Shown here in pieces: positions 12,581 through 26,200 of a stretch of DNA of 64,000 nucleotides. The DNA comes from Paragordius varius (taxonomy: Eukaryota; Animalia; Nematomorpha): contig OZ176055.1 of NCBI GenBank assembly GCA_964247055.1, positions 8,556,001 through 8,620,000 on the forward strand, read 5' to 3'. Numbering within the stretch: position 1 is the stretch's first letter; each line of letters opens with the position of its first letter. The notes below the pieces were generated by a model that was given only the letters and a program-made list of their open reading frames with translations, was not told the DNA's origin and made no database searches. Both the position numbers and the translations under genes were made by a program.

Positions 12581-15500
12581 ATGTATCAAGAGGTTGGGGT
12601 AGATAACCTTATTTTGCTGGAAGATATTGCTGCAGAAAGGATTGTTGAAAATTTAAGACTTCGATTCGAAAAGGATATCATATATGTAAGAGTAAATTTA
12701 TCCTAAACTCAAAAGTATACATACGAAAACGGTAATAAAAATTAAACGACAAATATTTTTTAGTAAAAGACAACCAACCATTTTTGAAATATGGGGGGAT
12801 ATAGAGATGCCTAATTCATATACTTAATTGTATTATTTAAAATTCTTATTAAATAGTTAAAAAAATCATGAATTAAATAATATAGCGCTCTTTTTGAAAA
12901 AAATATATTTGTTATTATGCTTTGTTTGTATAATTTTAATTTTTACTGTATATTAAAATTTCTGTTACATAATTAATAACGCTATCGAAAAATGATTGAA
13001 TAAACCATTTTATTTTTTAAAAGACGTATATAGGAGCAGTGTTAGTTTCCATGAATCCCTACAAAGCTCTCCAAGTATATTCCGATAAAGTTATTGATGA
13101 TTATCGAACCATGAATTTGGCTGAATTACCACCTCATATGTATAATCATACACATTTTAATTCTATAAATTTGAACAAAAAAAACATGGGGCACATACGT
13201 TTTTAATATAGAAAAATTTATATCTTCCCATTGAAAACGAACGAATAACAAATAAGTTTAGGGTTTGCTGGTCCAAAATTAAATGCTTCATAGTGTGAAT
13301 TGATTGTATAACTCAAAATTAAAATACAAGGTTAAAACTAAAATTGACAACTTATTTTGACTTAAAAATGGTAGATATTTATGCCAATAAATTTCATTAT
13401 ATTTTACATATTTTATAATGAATGTGTTTATTTATATCATATGATAAACATTGACAAGTTATTTTTAGTGGTCATGATCGCGGTCATAAATACACCCTAT
13501 ACCAATCCATCTCACTCTATATTTAAATATTCCCTTTTCCATAGATAAAATAATTTAACTATTTAAAATAAATATAGTCAATTGGTGCATTATAATCTCA
13601 TGAGGTATTTTAATTTAAGTGCGGTGTATTGTTGCCTTAATAAAAATATGTCTTTTGCCTTTTGTTCCCGGACACCAAAATTTCATGGTAAAACCACTTG
13701 GTTTTTATTGCAACCTCCTTGATTTTAACTTTCCAATTCCATTTTGTAAAAGATTTATAAACTTTACAGTTTTGCTCTGTCAGACAATGCGTACAAAGCA
13801 CTCATGAACAACAATGTTAATCAAAGCGTCCTTATATCCGGAGAATCAGGTGCTGGAAAAACTGAGGCTCTAAAACGAATTATTTTATACATTTCACGGG
13901 CCAGTTTGCAATCTAGTGAAGTCGAGCGCATATGTTATCAACTTAAGGAGAGTGTACCCTTCTTGGAGGTTGATTTATCCCACTAGTCACAAAAATTTGA
14001 TATTTTATACTAAATTTTATGTTTTATTTTACAGTGAAAATTGAAAACATACGGACAAAATGTAAAATAAAGGCAAATTTTTTTTTCAAAAGACAACCAT
14101 ACTTTTTTTAACTTTAATTTATCCTATAAAAAATAATTAATTACAATAGTAAAATACATAATTGATTGTGTTATTAATTTACATTGCTAAATTATACTTT
14201 GGTTTAAAACAATGAGTTGTATTTAAAAAAATCAAGATTAAAAAAGTATGGTTGTCTTTTAGAAAAAATATATGTCTTTATATTTTCACGTTTTGTCCGT
14301 ATAATTCAATTTTTACTGTAAATTTACATTAGTAAGAAATTACTATACAAATACCCTAGAAAGGTCGAATATATTAAACACAAATCATTCCAATAATCAA
14401 AAATTATTTTTAGGGTTATTTTTTACGTTTGAACGTGACCTTTCTTTATCTAATCGAGTTTATGCGCGTTGAGTAAATATTATTAATATTACACACTATT
14501 ATATTTTTACTTGTGTCCTTGAAGGATAGAAAAGAATGTCAAGCATATCAAAGGTATTTTAACATAAGGGTACGCATAATTTTAAAAAAAAGCTATATGT
14601 AAATTGAAATAATTAATGAAATTCGACTATTTGCAATGGTTATAATAAAAAATAATTAGCAATTGAATGAATACAAATTATATTCCCTAGTCTTTCGATC
14701 CAGATAGGGGTCTGAGACGTGCCTTGCCCTGTTAAAATCAAATAATTTATTATATATGGAATTTTTTCAATCCTTATCAAAAGTTGGCACACTTATATAA
14801 CATTGATGCAACATAATATAAATAACTCATCCAAAATGACTAGATATCTCTAAAAACATGGTATAAACTAAAAGCAAGATTTGGGCAGTTAATGAGTGCA
14901 TGAGCTAAAATAAAAATATTACAAATTTAGCCGTTTTTTCTTTAATTTTTCTTAATTATTGCCCAATGTATTAATCAAATCCTATGTTTTACTGCCACTA
15001 TCAAAATTCCAAAATTGAAATAGTTTTATATATAACTTTTTTCTCAGACATAAAACATAAAATTAATAAAAATATTTACGCTTATATAAATTATTTTAAG
15101 CATAAATTTAGATTGGAAAAGCCCACTTCGAGAGTTTTAAATATGTGCAGTTTAAAGTTGGCCTGGAATAACCTGTTACACCAATTTTTTTCAAAGAGTT
15201 AAGCATATTAGAATACTAAAAATGCAATAAGTATTCTTTCTTTAATAATGCTTACCCAGAAATAAAATTAAGTGATAACTTGATAATATTGTTCTTTATC
15301 CATTAATTTGCTAGTTATTAAAATTTGAGATTATGAAAAAATGTTTAATTTTTATAAATACTGTTGTACAACTATGTAAAATATTATCAACATAAAATAA
15401 TTGAAAATTGTGAGGTGCTATCATTTGTTAAATGGATGTGGAATATCACGATTCCGACATATTACAATTAAGCCTTGGGTGGGAAATGTTTCTATCAGCT

Positions 15501-18500
15501 TATTTGATATTGCAATTATATAAAGACTTAAAAGAGGGGTGCCCATATAGGCGTAATTTACATTTCTGGTCCCCCTCCAGACTCCTTGCATTTAAAAAAA
15601 ATTATAAATTCAAACCGTGGTCATGAACACTCATAAATGGGTGATTTTTTTGTATATTATTTAAAGTAATAACTTTTATATACCTATTTTTTGAAATAAA
15701 ATTATTTTTTTCCAAAAAAAATCCGGCACACCTTTTAACTATAGCTCCCGGTAAATCAGCTCTCCTTTCCACCCTCCAGCTACTCCCCTGGGTGTTTAAA
15801 ACGCGGCACGCGGGCCGCATAGGGCACCCGAGAATGTCAAATGTAAAATTTTACGAAATTTAGTAATCGATTTTTAAATATTCTAAATAAGTTGATTCAA
15901 AGTTTGGCAATGATCTAGCATAAATAGTTAAAATATATACAGTGGTTTTTACAGTTTTAGGCTGGAAGTTTAAAAAATTATTAATGCCCCCAATATATTT
16001 TGTGAATGTGGCTCATCAGATTTTTCGATGCAAAAATGCTGCCCGTGAAGCCATTTGTATTGGACACTCCTGATTTAGAAGATGATGATATATATTATCA
16101 TGAACTATAAAGTAAGTTTTCCGATAAAATTTGTATAACTTCACTTATGATTGTAAAAAAATTCTTTTCGAGTTATGATAATTGGGGCTTTGTTTTATGA
16201 ATTTTTGAAAACCTCTTTGTTCTTAACACGTTGTTTAAACTTTATTGAGGCTTATAATTCAGGTATTAGATATTATTTATTATATTACCTCTTTTCATCC
16301 CAATATCAGTGCCTTTTTAAAATTTGGTTCCATGATTTAACCAATATAAGAGATTTTAAGGTGTAAAGAATTTTTACGGGAAACACTGATCCAGGCTTTA
16401 CTTTACACAAGATCATGGTGTTACATTTCAATTACGTGTTATTTTGAGGGTAAAAGCAAACCTTGGTAACATTAACCGCTTGATATTATACATTAGAATT
16501 AACAATCTTTGTGTCAGTCTTCTGTATTAAAAACTAAATTGACACTACACTAACCTATAATAATACTAATACTCTTTTACAGTAGCGTATGGCATAAATC
16601 ATTATTAGTCCATAAAACAAAAAAAAATGTTTTTTCTTAAAAAAACGACTCTAGTTGTGTATACACATGTCCATAATATCCCCTTGTTTTTAATAAAACA
16701 TTTTTTTATTCTTTTATGGAATAATATTGTTTTATGCCACACGCTACTGTATTAGAAATTAATATCAAACTTTTATTCTATATCTGCATCATACTATTGC
16801 TTTGAAAATAATGTGTTTACCACCAAATATATTTACAGGCTTTTGGGAATGCAAAAACGATACGTAATGATAATTCCAGTCGATTCGGCAAATACATGGA
16901 TATCGAAATCAATTTTAAGGTTTAACCTATAATTTCCAAGAAAATGTTGTTACTTTATGTAAACCCTGATTACAACTCACCATAGATTAATAAATTAACC
17001 TTAAAATATTTCAATAACTGAAAAAATTTATAATATACAATTATCTGATTTTTCATTTGTTTAATCATATTGATATTATGATATAAAATGTTTATTGTCA
17101 ATTATAAGGGAGACTACAAAATACGCAAAGATGAATATATTATGAAAAGCGAGAATTTAAAGTTTATAACTGTAAAATTGAAGTAAAAATCGCATATAAT
17201 TTACACAGTCAAAATTTAATTTTCAAATTTTTTTATTAGGGTGCAATTATTGGGGCTAAGGTAACGAATTATTTGCTTGAAAAGGCGCGAGTGATTAAAC
17301 AAGCAAAAGGCGAACGCAATTTCCACATTTTTTATCAACTCCTAGCGGGTGACAAGGAATTGAGAGAAAAATTGCATTTAACCAAAGCCCCAGACCAATA
17401 TTGCTTAATAAATCAAGTTTTTCGATTAAAATTTTAGTTATCATATATTATTTAATTAAGTAAGTTTAGATTATATTATGGACAGAAATTTTTTAAAATG
17501 GAAAAATTATTTTACTTATATCGTTATTGTTTTATAATTTAAATAAAAAGTTATTAAGATCAGATGTTTAAAAGGTTGATTGAGCCATTGTTTATTTTTT
17601 AACCAAATTGATGTTCCAATTATTTTTTTATTAATTAAAACAGAAATATAAAATAATAAAAACAAAATCTAAAACTCAATTTTCTAATAATATTTTTCGA
17701 AGTGAATTCGGTTAATGGTCTCGAATTTTAATGGCTATTTAGTAATCATAAAAATGTATTTGAGCCAAAAAAATATTATGTAAATGTAAAAGTGTATTCA
17801 AAAATATAATTTAATTATTAGAAATATATATTTTCTATATTTACTCTCAACTTTCTGTTATTCAGGACTATATTTAGTATATAAAACAATTGAATTACCT
17901 TTTTTTCTTTTAATTTTTAACTTATTTAATTATTAGGGTGGGTGCATGACCGTAGAAAAAATAAATGACAAAGAGGATTTCGATCAAAACGTTAAAGCTA
18001 TGGAAGTTTGCACATTCACCACAAAAGAAACTTACGTATTAGATTACAAAATTATTTTAGCTAACAAAATTTCAGTATATTAAAAACATAGCTGCTCGTA
18101 TAACTGATATGAATATAATGTTTGTAATACTAAAATAAATAGTACAGATCAAGGCTTAGAAATTTTTCATAAAAAAGGGTTTCTAAATCAGGTTTTTTTA
18201 AAGAAATAAAATTGATTATAATTTAATTAAACTCTAAGTGCCATAGTTATTGAAGCCGACCCTCAAAACACCTACATTTTTATCAGTGGATATGCACAAC
18301 ATTGATAAAGAAAATCTAAAAGCGCCTATATAATTGATATGGATGCATGCATTTTACAAATATTTTAATGCTTTCAAACTATTATTAGCAAGTTTTTTTC
18401 ATAAAAAATGAAAACAAAATGTTTAATTATAAAATTCAAGAATCAGTATGATAATTTATGAATATCTTCTATGAAAATAAACGCTTCAGATCTTTAAATA

Positions 18501-21500
18501 CAAAAGCGGTTGTAGGAACCCAAAAGCGTTTTGAATTCTAATTTTTTTATTTGTGATTATTTTAAATCTACATGGATTTTCGTTTTTTACATCCTATATA
18601 TTTTTACACAATTAAAATTATAATTATTTTTTTTTTAAATTGATTTATTTATGTATAGGACGTATATTCATTGGTTGCTAGTTGTATGCATTTAGCCGAA
18701 CTTGTTTATGAAGGCAGTGGTGATAAATGTAATTTGGTCCAAGCTAATGAATTAAATTATATCGTTGAGGTAAAATTTATATTTTTATCAAATTTTACTC
18801 TAACACAGTGGTACTTATACCGTGTTTTACGCATGCTGCCCTCATTATTGCCATTTAATGGCACTGAATTATTTTTTCTTTATTTTGATGGACTTATTAT
18901 GAAAACCATAAATATATAAATATCTGCAAATGGTGTTAAACAGCAATGAATTTTTATCGGGAATTTATAATGCACACGGCCTTTGCAAGATAATTTTTGT
19001 GGCCTTTCAAATTTTTTTAACGAGAATCCAAAATGTAACTTTAAGTTTCCGCCAAGACTAGATTCAAAAATATCTAGCGCAATTTGATTCGATAATTGAT
19101 ATTAAACCTATTTAATATATTTTTTATATAAATTCTTTTTTAAGATACTTGAAGCCGATTTGAAATTGTTAAATGATTGCTTGATTGGGAGAACTATGAT
19201 GGTTGCCGGTGAAAAGGTATTCCATCAAAATTTTTATAATTCACATTTATCGAAAAATATTTTAACATTTGTAAAATAATTTACAGGTTAAAAAAGTTTA
19301 TACCAAAGCTCAAGCCGTAAACTCCAGAGATTCACTGATTAAAGCCATGTATGAAAGGTGCTTTAATTGGCTTGTTAATCGAATGAATAGAACTTTGTCT
19401 GCAGTAATTCATATTTTAATGATAAATATCATTATTATCATTTCAGATTTTATATTAACTTTAACTGATTATAGAATGTTCAAGGGAAATCGACAAAAAT
19501 TGGCTTGTTAGACATTTATGGGTTCGAAATTTTCGAGAAAAATGGATTTGAACAATTTTGCATTAATTTTTGTAATGAACACTTACATCAATTATTCATT
19601 CAAAGAACGTTGAAAATGGAACAGGATGAATATCTCAGAGAAGGCATTCCGGTAGGTATCTTAAGAAAAATTTCGGCTAAAAATAAATACTGATGTACTA
19701 GGTTGCCAATCCAATGAAATCGTATAAACGGGGAAATGCAAACTTCTCTTTAAAGATGAATCTGTTTAAATTAAATCTTTATTTGTTTTCTTTAGAAAAA
19801 GTAGGGATTAGAACTAAATTGGTATTTGGTAATAAACGCTACCATATATTATTAGCAGTTTTCTACCAAAGAGGGTTTGCCTTAAACGGTTTTAAAACAG
19901 TTTTTATAATCAAAAAAGCGATTCAAAATAAGATTTTGTAAGTTTTTTTTTAAAATTTTTTATGATTTTAACCATCTCACATTGAGCGAATTTTGTCGAC
20001 ATACACTGTGTCAAATAAACGAAATAGTGGCTCATTCATTTAAATTCTTTTGGATATCGCACCATTTTATTTAATTAAAAAAGTCATTTGTATGGGAACT
20101 AGAACTAAATACAACAGTTGTATGACGGCCAAAATAACATTGGATACAGTTATATATGTGCAATTTATCGATATTAACAAAAAAAGAAACCAGATAAATT
20201 GTTACCCACAGAAAATTATTTTTTAACAGTAAAAACAATATTTTGAAATTAAAATTTAAAATGGGAATGCGGTCGGTCATGCTTATTCTGGTTTCAGTAA
20301 CTTAAAAGGATTGAATATTTTGTTACAGTTTTATACCAATGCATATACAAATATTTTTTTTATTTTTTAGTGGGAAAAAGTTGATTTTTTCGACAATCGT
20401 CCGATTTTGGATTTGATTGAGGAGAACAAACTTGGCATCATTTACGTTTTGGTATGTATATAATTTTATTTTTGATTTATATTTACTTTCAATAGTACAT
20501 TTTGGAAAAAAATCAGTGTTTTAATATAAAAAGTTTTTTTAGTAGAAAATCAAATTAATACTATTATAATTAAATTAACATGACCCTATATTATTTTAAT
20601 CAAAAAAATAAAATCCATACTCTATGTTATCAAAAAATAAATGAAAAAATTATTTTAATTTGGTTAAAAAAAGAGAATTAAAATTATAATATATAAGGAT
20701 GAAGAGTGCGTTATGCCAGGAGAACGGACAGATTTAACTTTTTTGGCTAGTTTGGAAAAACGGCAGGCAACCAATAACTTTTTTGCCGCTTACAATATAT
20801 GTAAGGATCCAGTTGTCAAAAAAACTTTAAATAAAGACGTAAGCCTGTATTAATTAATTTTTAAACTGATATAAAATCCAACTTTTTACAGTATTTTTGG
20901 ATTTTTATGGACATTTATTGCTTTTTTTCCTTAGGTATTTTTGATCAAACATTATGCCGGTGATGTGAAATACAGTGTTGACGGTATGAAAAAAATTAAG
21001 TAATATAACGCCTATAGGTTTCATGGAAAAGAACAGAGATGCAATTGTTAAGGATCTAAAGATATTTATGAATAGCAATGAAAATATCATCTTGAAAAAT
21101 TTTTATACCCAAGAAGAAATTGATGAAGCTAAGAGACCTCCTTCAGTAATCAGTTTATATTAATAAATATTTGTTTTAATATTTATAATTTTACCAAAAT
21201 CTCAACCTTTTTACAAATAAAAATTCTTTTTAAACCCTTGTTCACGTAAAGATTGAAATTATACAGACAAAATTTAAAAACTAAAAGACAATATTTTTTT
21301 GTAAAGAAAATACTATTTGAAACCCCGATATTTATCCGTATTTTTTAGGCCAAAGTTAAAAAATACGGTAAAAAAGCATTTTCTTTTAGTGCTTACATTT
21401 TGTCTGTATATATATCTATTTTTTACTGTACATTAGGCCGGAATGCAATTTAAGAGCAGTTTATCATCTCTGGTTAATGTTTTAATGCAAGAGGAATTGC

Positions 21501-23173
21501 ATTATATCCGTTGTCTCAAGCCGAATGAAGAAAAGAAATGCAGTATATATCATATCATTAATACTTTATTCTAAGACGTATTTCGGGATATTAATGTTCA
21601 ACACCAAGTCTTATATTTGGGACTGATTGAAAATATTAGAGTGTGTCGATCTGGCTATGCCTATCGAAGACAATATGAATCCTTTCAAAAACGGTTTTAT
21701 ACCTCTAAATTATATTGTGGATAGATTTTATTGTTTAAGCAAAACGACATGGCCCAAGTGCGGTGGTGATGCAAAAGCAAATTGTATAAATATTTTGTTG
21801 GCCGTTTCAAACTATCAAGAAACTACGCATTATGGAGTAGGGAAAACTAAGGTAATTTATATTTTTACTGGAGGAGTTATTTGTACAAAATGAGCAAACT
21901 AGGAGATAAAAAGAAAATTATTACCAAAACGTTTTTAAAATTCTTGTAGAGGGGTTATTTTTAAATCATTGCGCCCATTTTAAATAAAATTGATTAAAAA
22001 TTTAATATTTTTGATGTTAAACCTTGAAATTTTTATAAAATATTGTACACCAAATTAATAAAAAATAAATGTGGTTTTGAGTAAAATAAATTATAATCAA
22101 AGTGTTGTGGCTGATACGCACGAAATTAGTTTTGGAAAGATAGGGAAGTATGTCAAACTAAACTATAAAATATCAAAATAATATGAACCATATGATTATA
22201 ATAAAATAGTTATACACAGTTGTGAGCATTACATGTTTTAACATGGACGAAAACATAGTCGAAAGCCTCATTTACAGTCATGTATCCTTTATTTTATCAA
22301 AAATTATTTTTCGTTAATTGGGTATAAATATTTGTTAAAGAATGGAAAAAACAAGAGCTCTATCGTATTAACAATATCATATTTATCAAAAAGTATAAGA
22401 ATTACAATAGAGCTTTTGTTTTTTCCATTCTTTACCAGATATTTAAACCCATTTAACTAAAAAAAAATAAATTTTTGATAAAATAAAGGATACATGAATG
22501 TATATTTTCAAATTATGCATATATTATAATTTACCAGATATTTATACGGAAAGCTAAAGATGTTATGGCAATCGAGCAAGCGTTTCAAAAACGCCGTAAT
22601 TTACTCATAGCCGATATACAAGCACTTAACAAAGCTTATGCCCAAAAACAAAAGTATCATAAAATGAGAGGAGCCAGTATATATTTTTATCTCACTATCT
22701 ATCATCCGTTTTAGTTATCGTTTTACAAAAATATTGTCGGAGATTTTTGGCTGTTAAGAAAAGAAAAAAACTGAAACAAGCAAATTTGATCATCAAAAAG
22801 TATGGTTTCAAATAAAATATGTAGGTTTGTAGTTGGATACGTTCATTATAAAAAGGGCCACGCAAGTCCAGAATCTGCTCATGTATGTAACTCATATTGT
22901 ATTTCAATAAAATTTAAAATCAGACAGACAAAACGTAAAACATAAAGATAAATATTTTATAAAAACCGCTGTACTTTTTAAACTTCATTTTTTTAAATAT
23001 AATTCATTGTTTTAAATTCCCAATAATAAAATAAAGATGTAACTTAGTAAAACAATCATATATTTTACCCTTGTAATTAATTATATAATTATTTAAGAAA
23101 AAATAAGGTTTATAAACTTTGTCTTTAAAAAAAATTATGTTATTACGTTTCGTCTGTAAAATATCAATTTTTA

Positions 23174-23209
<36 letters not shown>

Positions 23210-26200
23210 AGTATTGAGAATTCCGTAAAATTAATTGGCAAATAGGGTATTTAATTTACATGTCTGGAAGCATGTTTAAATTTTGCATTTTTTTGTAAAT
23301 ATTTAACGAGTGTATATTTATGTCGTCAAAATTTTCAAATATGTGACTGATAAAAACGAAAGATCTCAAACATGGTTAACAGAAATGCAAATTAAATACT
23401 TTTCTGGCCAATTCAAATACCGTTATGACTAAGGTGACCAGATTTTTTGAAGGAAAAAGCGGGACAAATCTGAGAAGGGGGGGGGGTATGAGGTGGGGTT
23501 TACAACCAAAAATTTTTATACAAAAAATTTATTGTAGTATTTATTTATTTTTAATTTTAACACAAATACATGATAAATATAAAAAAATATTTAATTCCTT
23601 GGTATATTTTTTATTTGAGTGAATGCGTTTTAGCAAATTGTCATCATTTTATAGTAGATTTCACAAGAATTTGTCAAATTATATTTGACAGATAAAATGG
23701 TAAAGTTTCAACATTTAAATTTGACTTTTCCGATGTCCACATCTGATTTACTGTGGAAAAAACGCGCTCAGTAGCAGCGTTGGTTCCACGTAAAGATATT
23801 CCAAATTCTACAATTTTTAAAATATTGTATGGAACATAGTTTGTTTCAAAATGATGAAATATTTCTAACCATTTGTTTTCTACTGTATTTTTTTCTGTTG
23901 TCCATAATTTAAGTTTTTCATTATTAATATATTTTATAACTAATGATACTTTGGAAAAAAGATATTTTCTGAAAGGTTACTTTTTGGGAATTTTTGGGAG
24001 ATGCAGAAATGATTTTTGAACATCGCACCAATTAAATTCTGGTTTTAATGTTATCCAATGAAAATGATCAATTTCATTAAATTGCACCGTCCAGTCTTCC
24101 AATAATTTTTACAGTTTGTATGAAACATTTTTAATGGTACAGGATATCGCGTTTTATTAAGCCTTGTTTTTTTAAATTATTTATAATATTGCGGATGGTT
24201 ACTGGTATAAAATTATTTTATAACCTTTCTTGACATTGGAATTTTAGGTTAACTTCATTGGCTACTTCGATGGCCGAAGTTTTGTCACTTTCTATCAATT
24301 TAATAACATGAAAGAGAAAAGCTTGATTATGTAGGAACTCTAACCATATTGAAGAATCACTTTCAAAAAACTTTTCCAAAGTTGTAAGACATTTGTATGT
24401 GATAAAAAATTAGGATTTTAAAAGATCATTTTTTAAAATTCTTTCGATAGCTGGCAGAAGAGCAAACCAACGAGAATATCCAAGCATTTTTTAATATTGA
24501 ACTTCTGCATTTGCACAGAATTTCATAGGCGTTTCAACGCGCACCGTGTATATAAAAATAGGAATATACCTTAACAACTACATTTTTTACATCTAGGGGT
24601 AACAAATCAGCAGCTGTTTGAATAGCGTTGTGTGTTATATGCGCTACATACCCAACGAATATTGTTTTGATTAAGATTATCTGCTAATTACTGAAAATTA
24701 TTTTTTGTTCCCCTCCTTGCTTTTCCACCGAAGTTCGTATTGGTGTTGTCACCGCAATATGCGATGATTTTGTCTTTTAAATTATTTTTTCTAGAATATT
24801 CATTATTGAAGTAAAATTATGTCGGAATTCGTACCGGGTAGAGAAATAAAATTTTAATTTTACTCCGGTTTCTGGACCAAAATATTTTATTAACGTAGTA
24901 TGGCGATATGAAATTAATTTTCAGCAAATCTTTTTGTATTCAGAAAATGCATATGGCGAAAGGACAATGCATACAATGGCTTCAAATAAAAAACTTTAAT
25001 TTTAAATTGATATAGATTTTAAAGATAACTAATTATAAATTTAAACGGATAAAAAAATAAATTTTTTTTAATGTATTTAAAAAATTTAATTTTATATAAT
25101 CGTGAAAAAGCGGGACATTTCTAAAACACAGCGGGACGCGGGACAAAGTGTGAAAAAGCGGGACTGTCCCGCCAAAAGCGGGACGTCTGGTCACCTTAGT
25201 TATGACTAATAAGAGCTCTCGTTACTGTGTATATTTTTGTTTATTTTTTCATAGTTTTTCAAATTTCAACGCTATGCATTCCTACTCAAAATGGCAAAAG
25301 GTTGTCCACTCAGTGTTTTGCAAAAGAAATGGCCCCATATAATACCTTTGTTTCAAAAGGCTTTCGTTATCCTAAAACTCACATGTTACAGAAATTTGGT
25401 TAGAAAATATATGAATAGTATTAAACCCGGTGATCCCAAAGATCTGGTATATATTCTTAGCCAAAAATCTATGTTTTAACAAATGTATATGGATAGATAA
25501 ATGAATATTAATTCGTCTAAAAATAAAATAGTATTTGCAAAAAGTTACGGCAGAAAAATTGGCCCGCGAAAAGGAAATGCGAGAAAAGGAGGAACTAGAA
25601 AATAAGAAGCGTCAAGAGATGGGACTCCCGCCGGTTAAGGCTTCACGGGCTACCCGTCGAAAAACGTTGTTTGGGGAAGATATTGTGGAAACTATCATAG
25701 ATATCGATGATTACGAAGAGTGTGGAGATTTCGAAGAAGGTCAAGAATATTACGTGGATGGAGAAGGGAATGAAGTTCCCTTTTTACCGAGCGATGGTAA
25801 GTTTTCAATATAAATTGACATTTTTCTCATTTTTGGATGATAAAAACTAATTTAATTTTTGTATAAATTGTTGCATTGAAATAAGCTGTGTTGCTCACAT
25901 TTATGTTGGCTAATTCACATTATTTTTGACCAATTGGCAATATAGCGTGTGGTTTAAAACAAATTTTGTCCAAAACGAAATAAACAAATTAATGAAGTGT
26001 GCTGGAAAAAAATTGTTTAATTTCAACATTTTATTGTTTTTCCCATACACTACTGTGTTGCCAAAGGACCAATTATAATATGAATAAACCAGCATAAATG
26101 TGCATGTCCATAACTCAAAATATTTTCGCGAAATTATATTAATTTAATATATTTACATGCAGATATAGGTCAAAACTTTGTAAAAAAGAAAAGGAAAAAG

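Noticed and set aside
15788-16073. hAT-Charlie-like MITE ends (GGGTGTTTAAAACGCGGCACGCGGGCCGCAT..TTGGACACTCCTG)
   Set aside because: Plausible old element, but the TIRs are degenerate and there is no matching TSD, so it is not listed as a supported feature.
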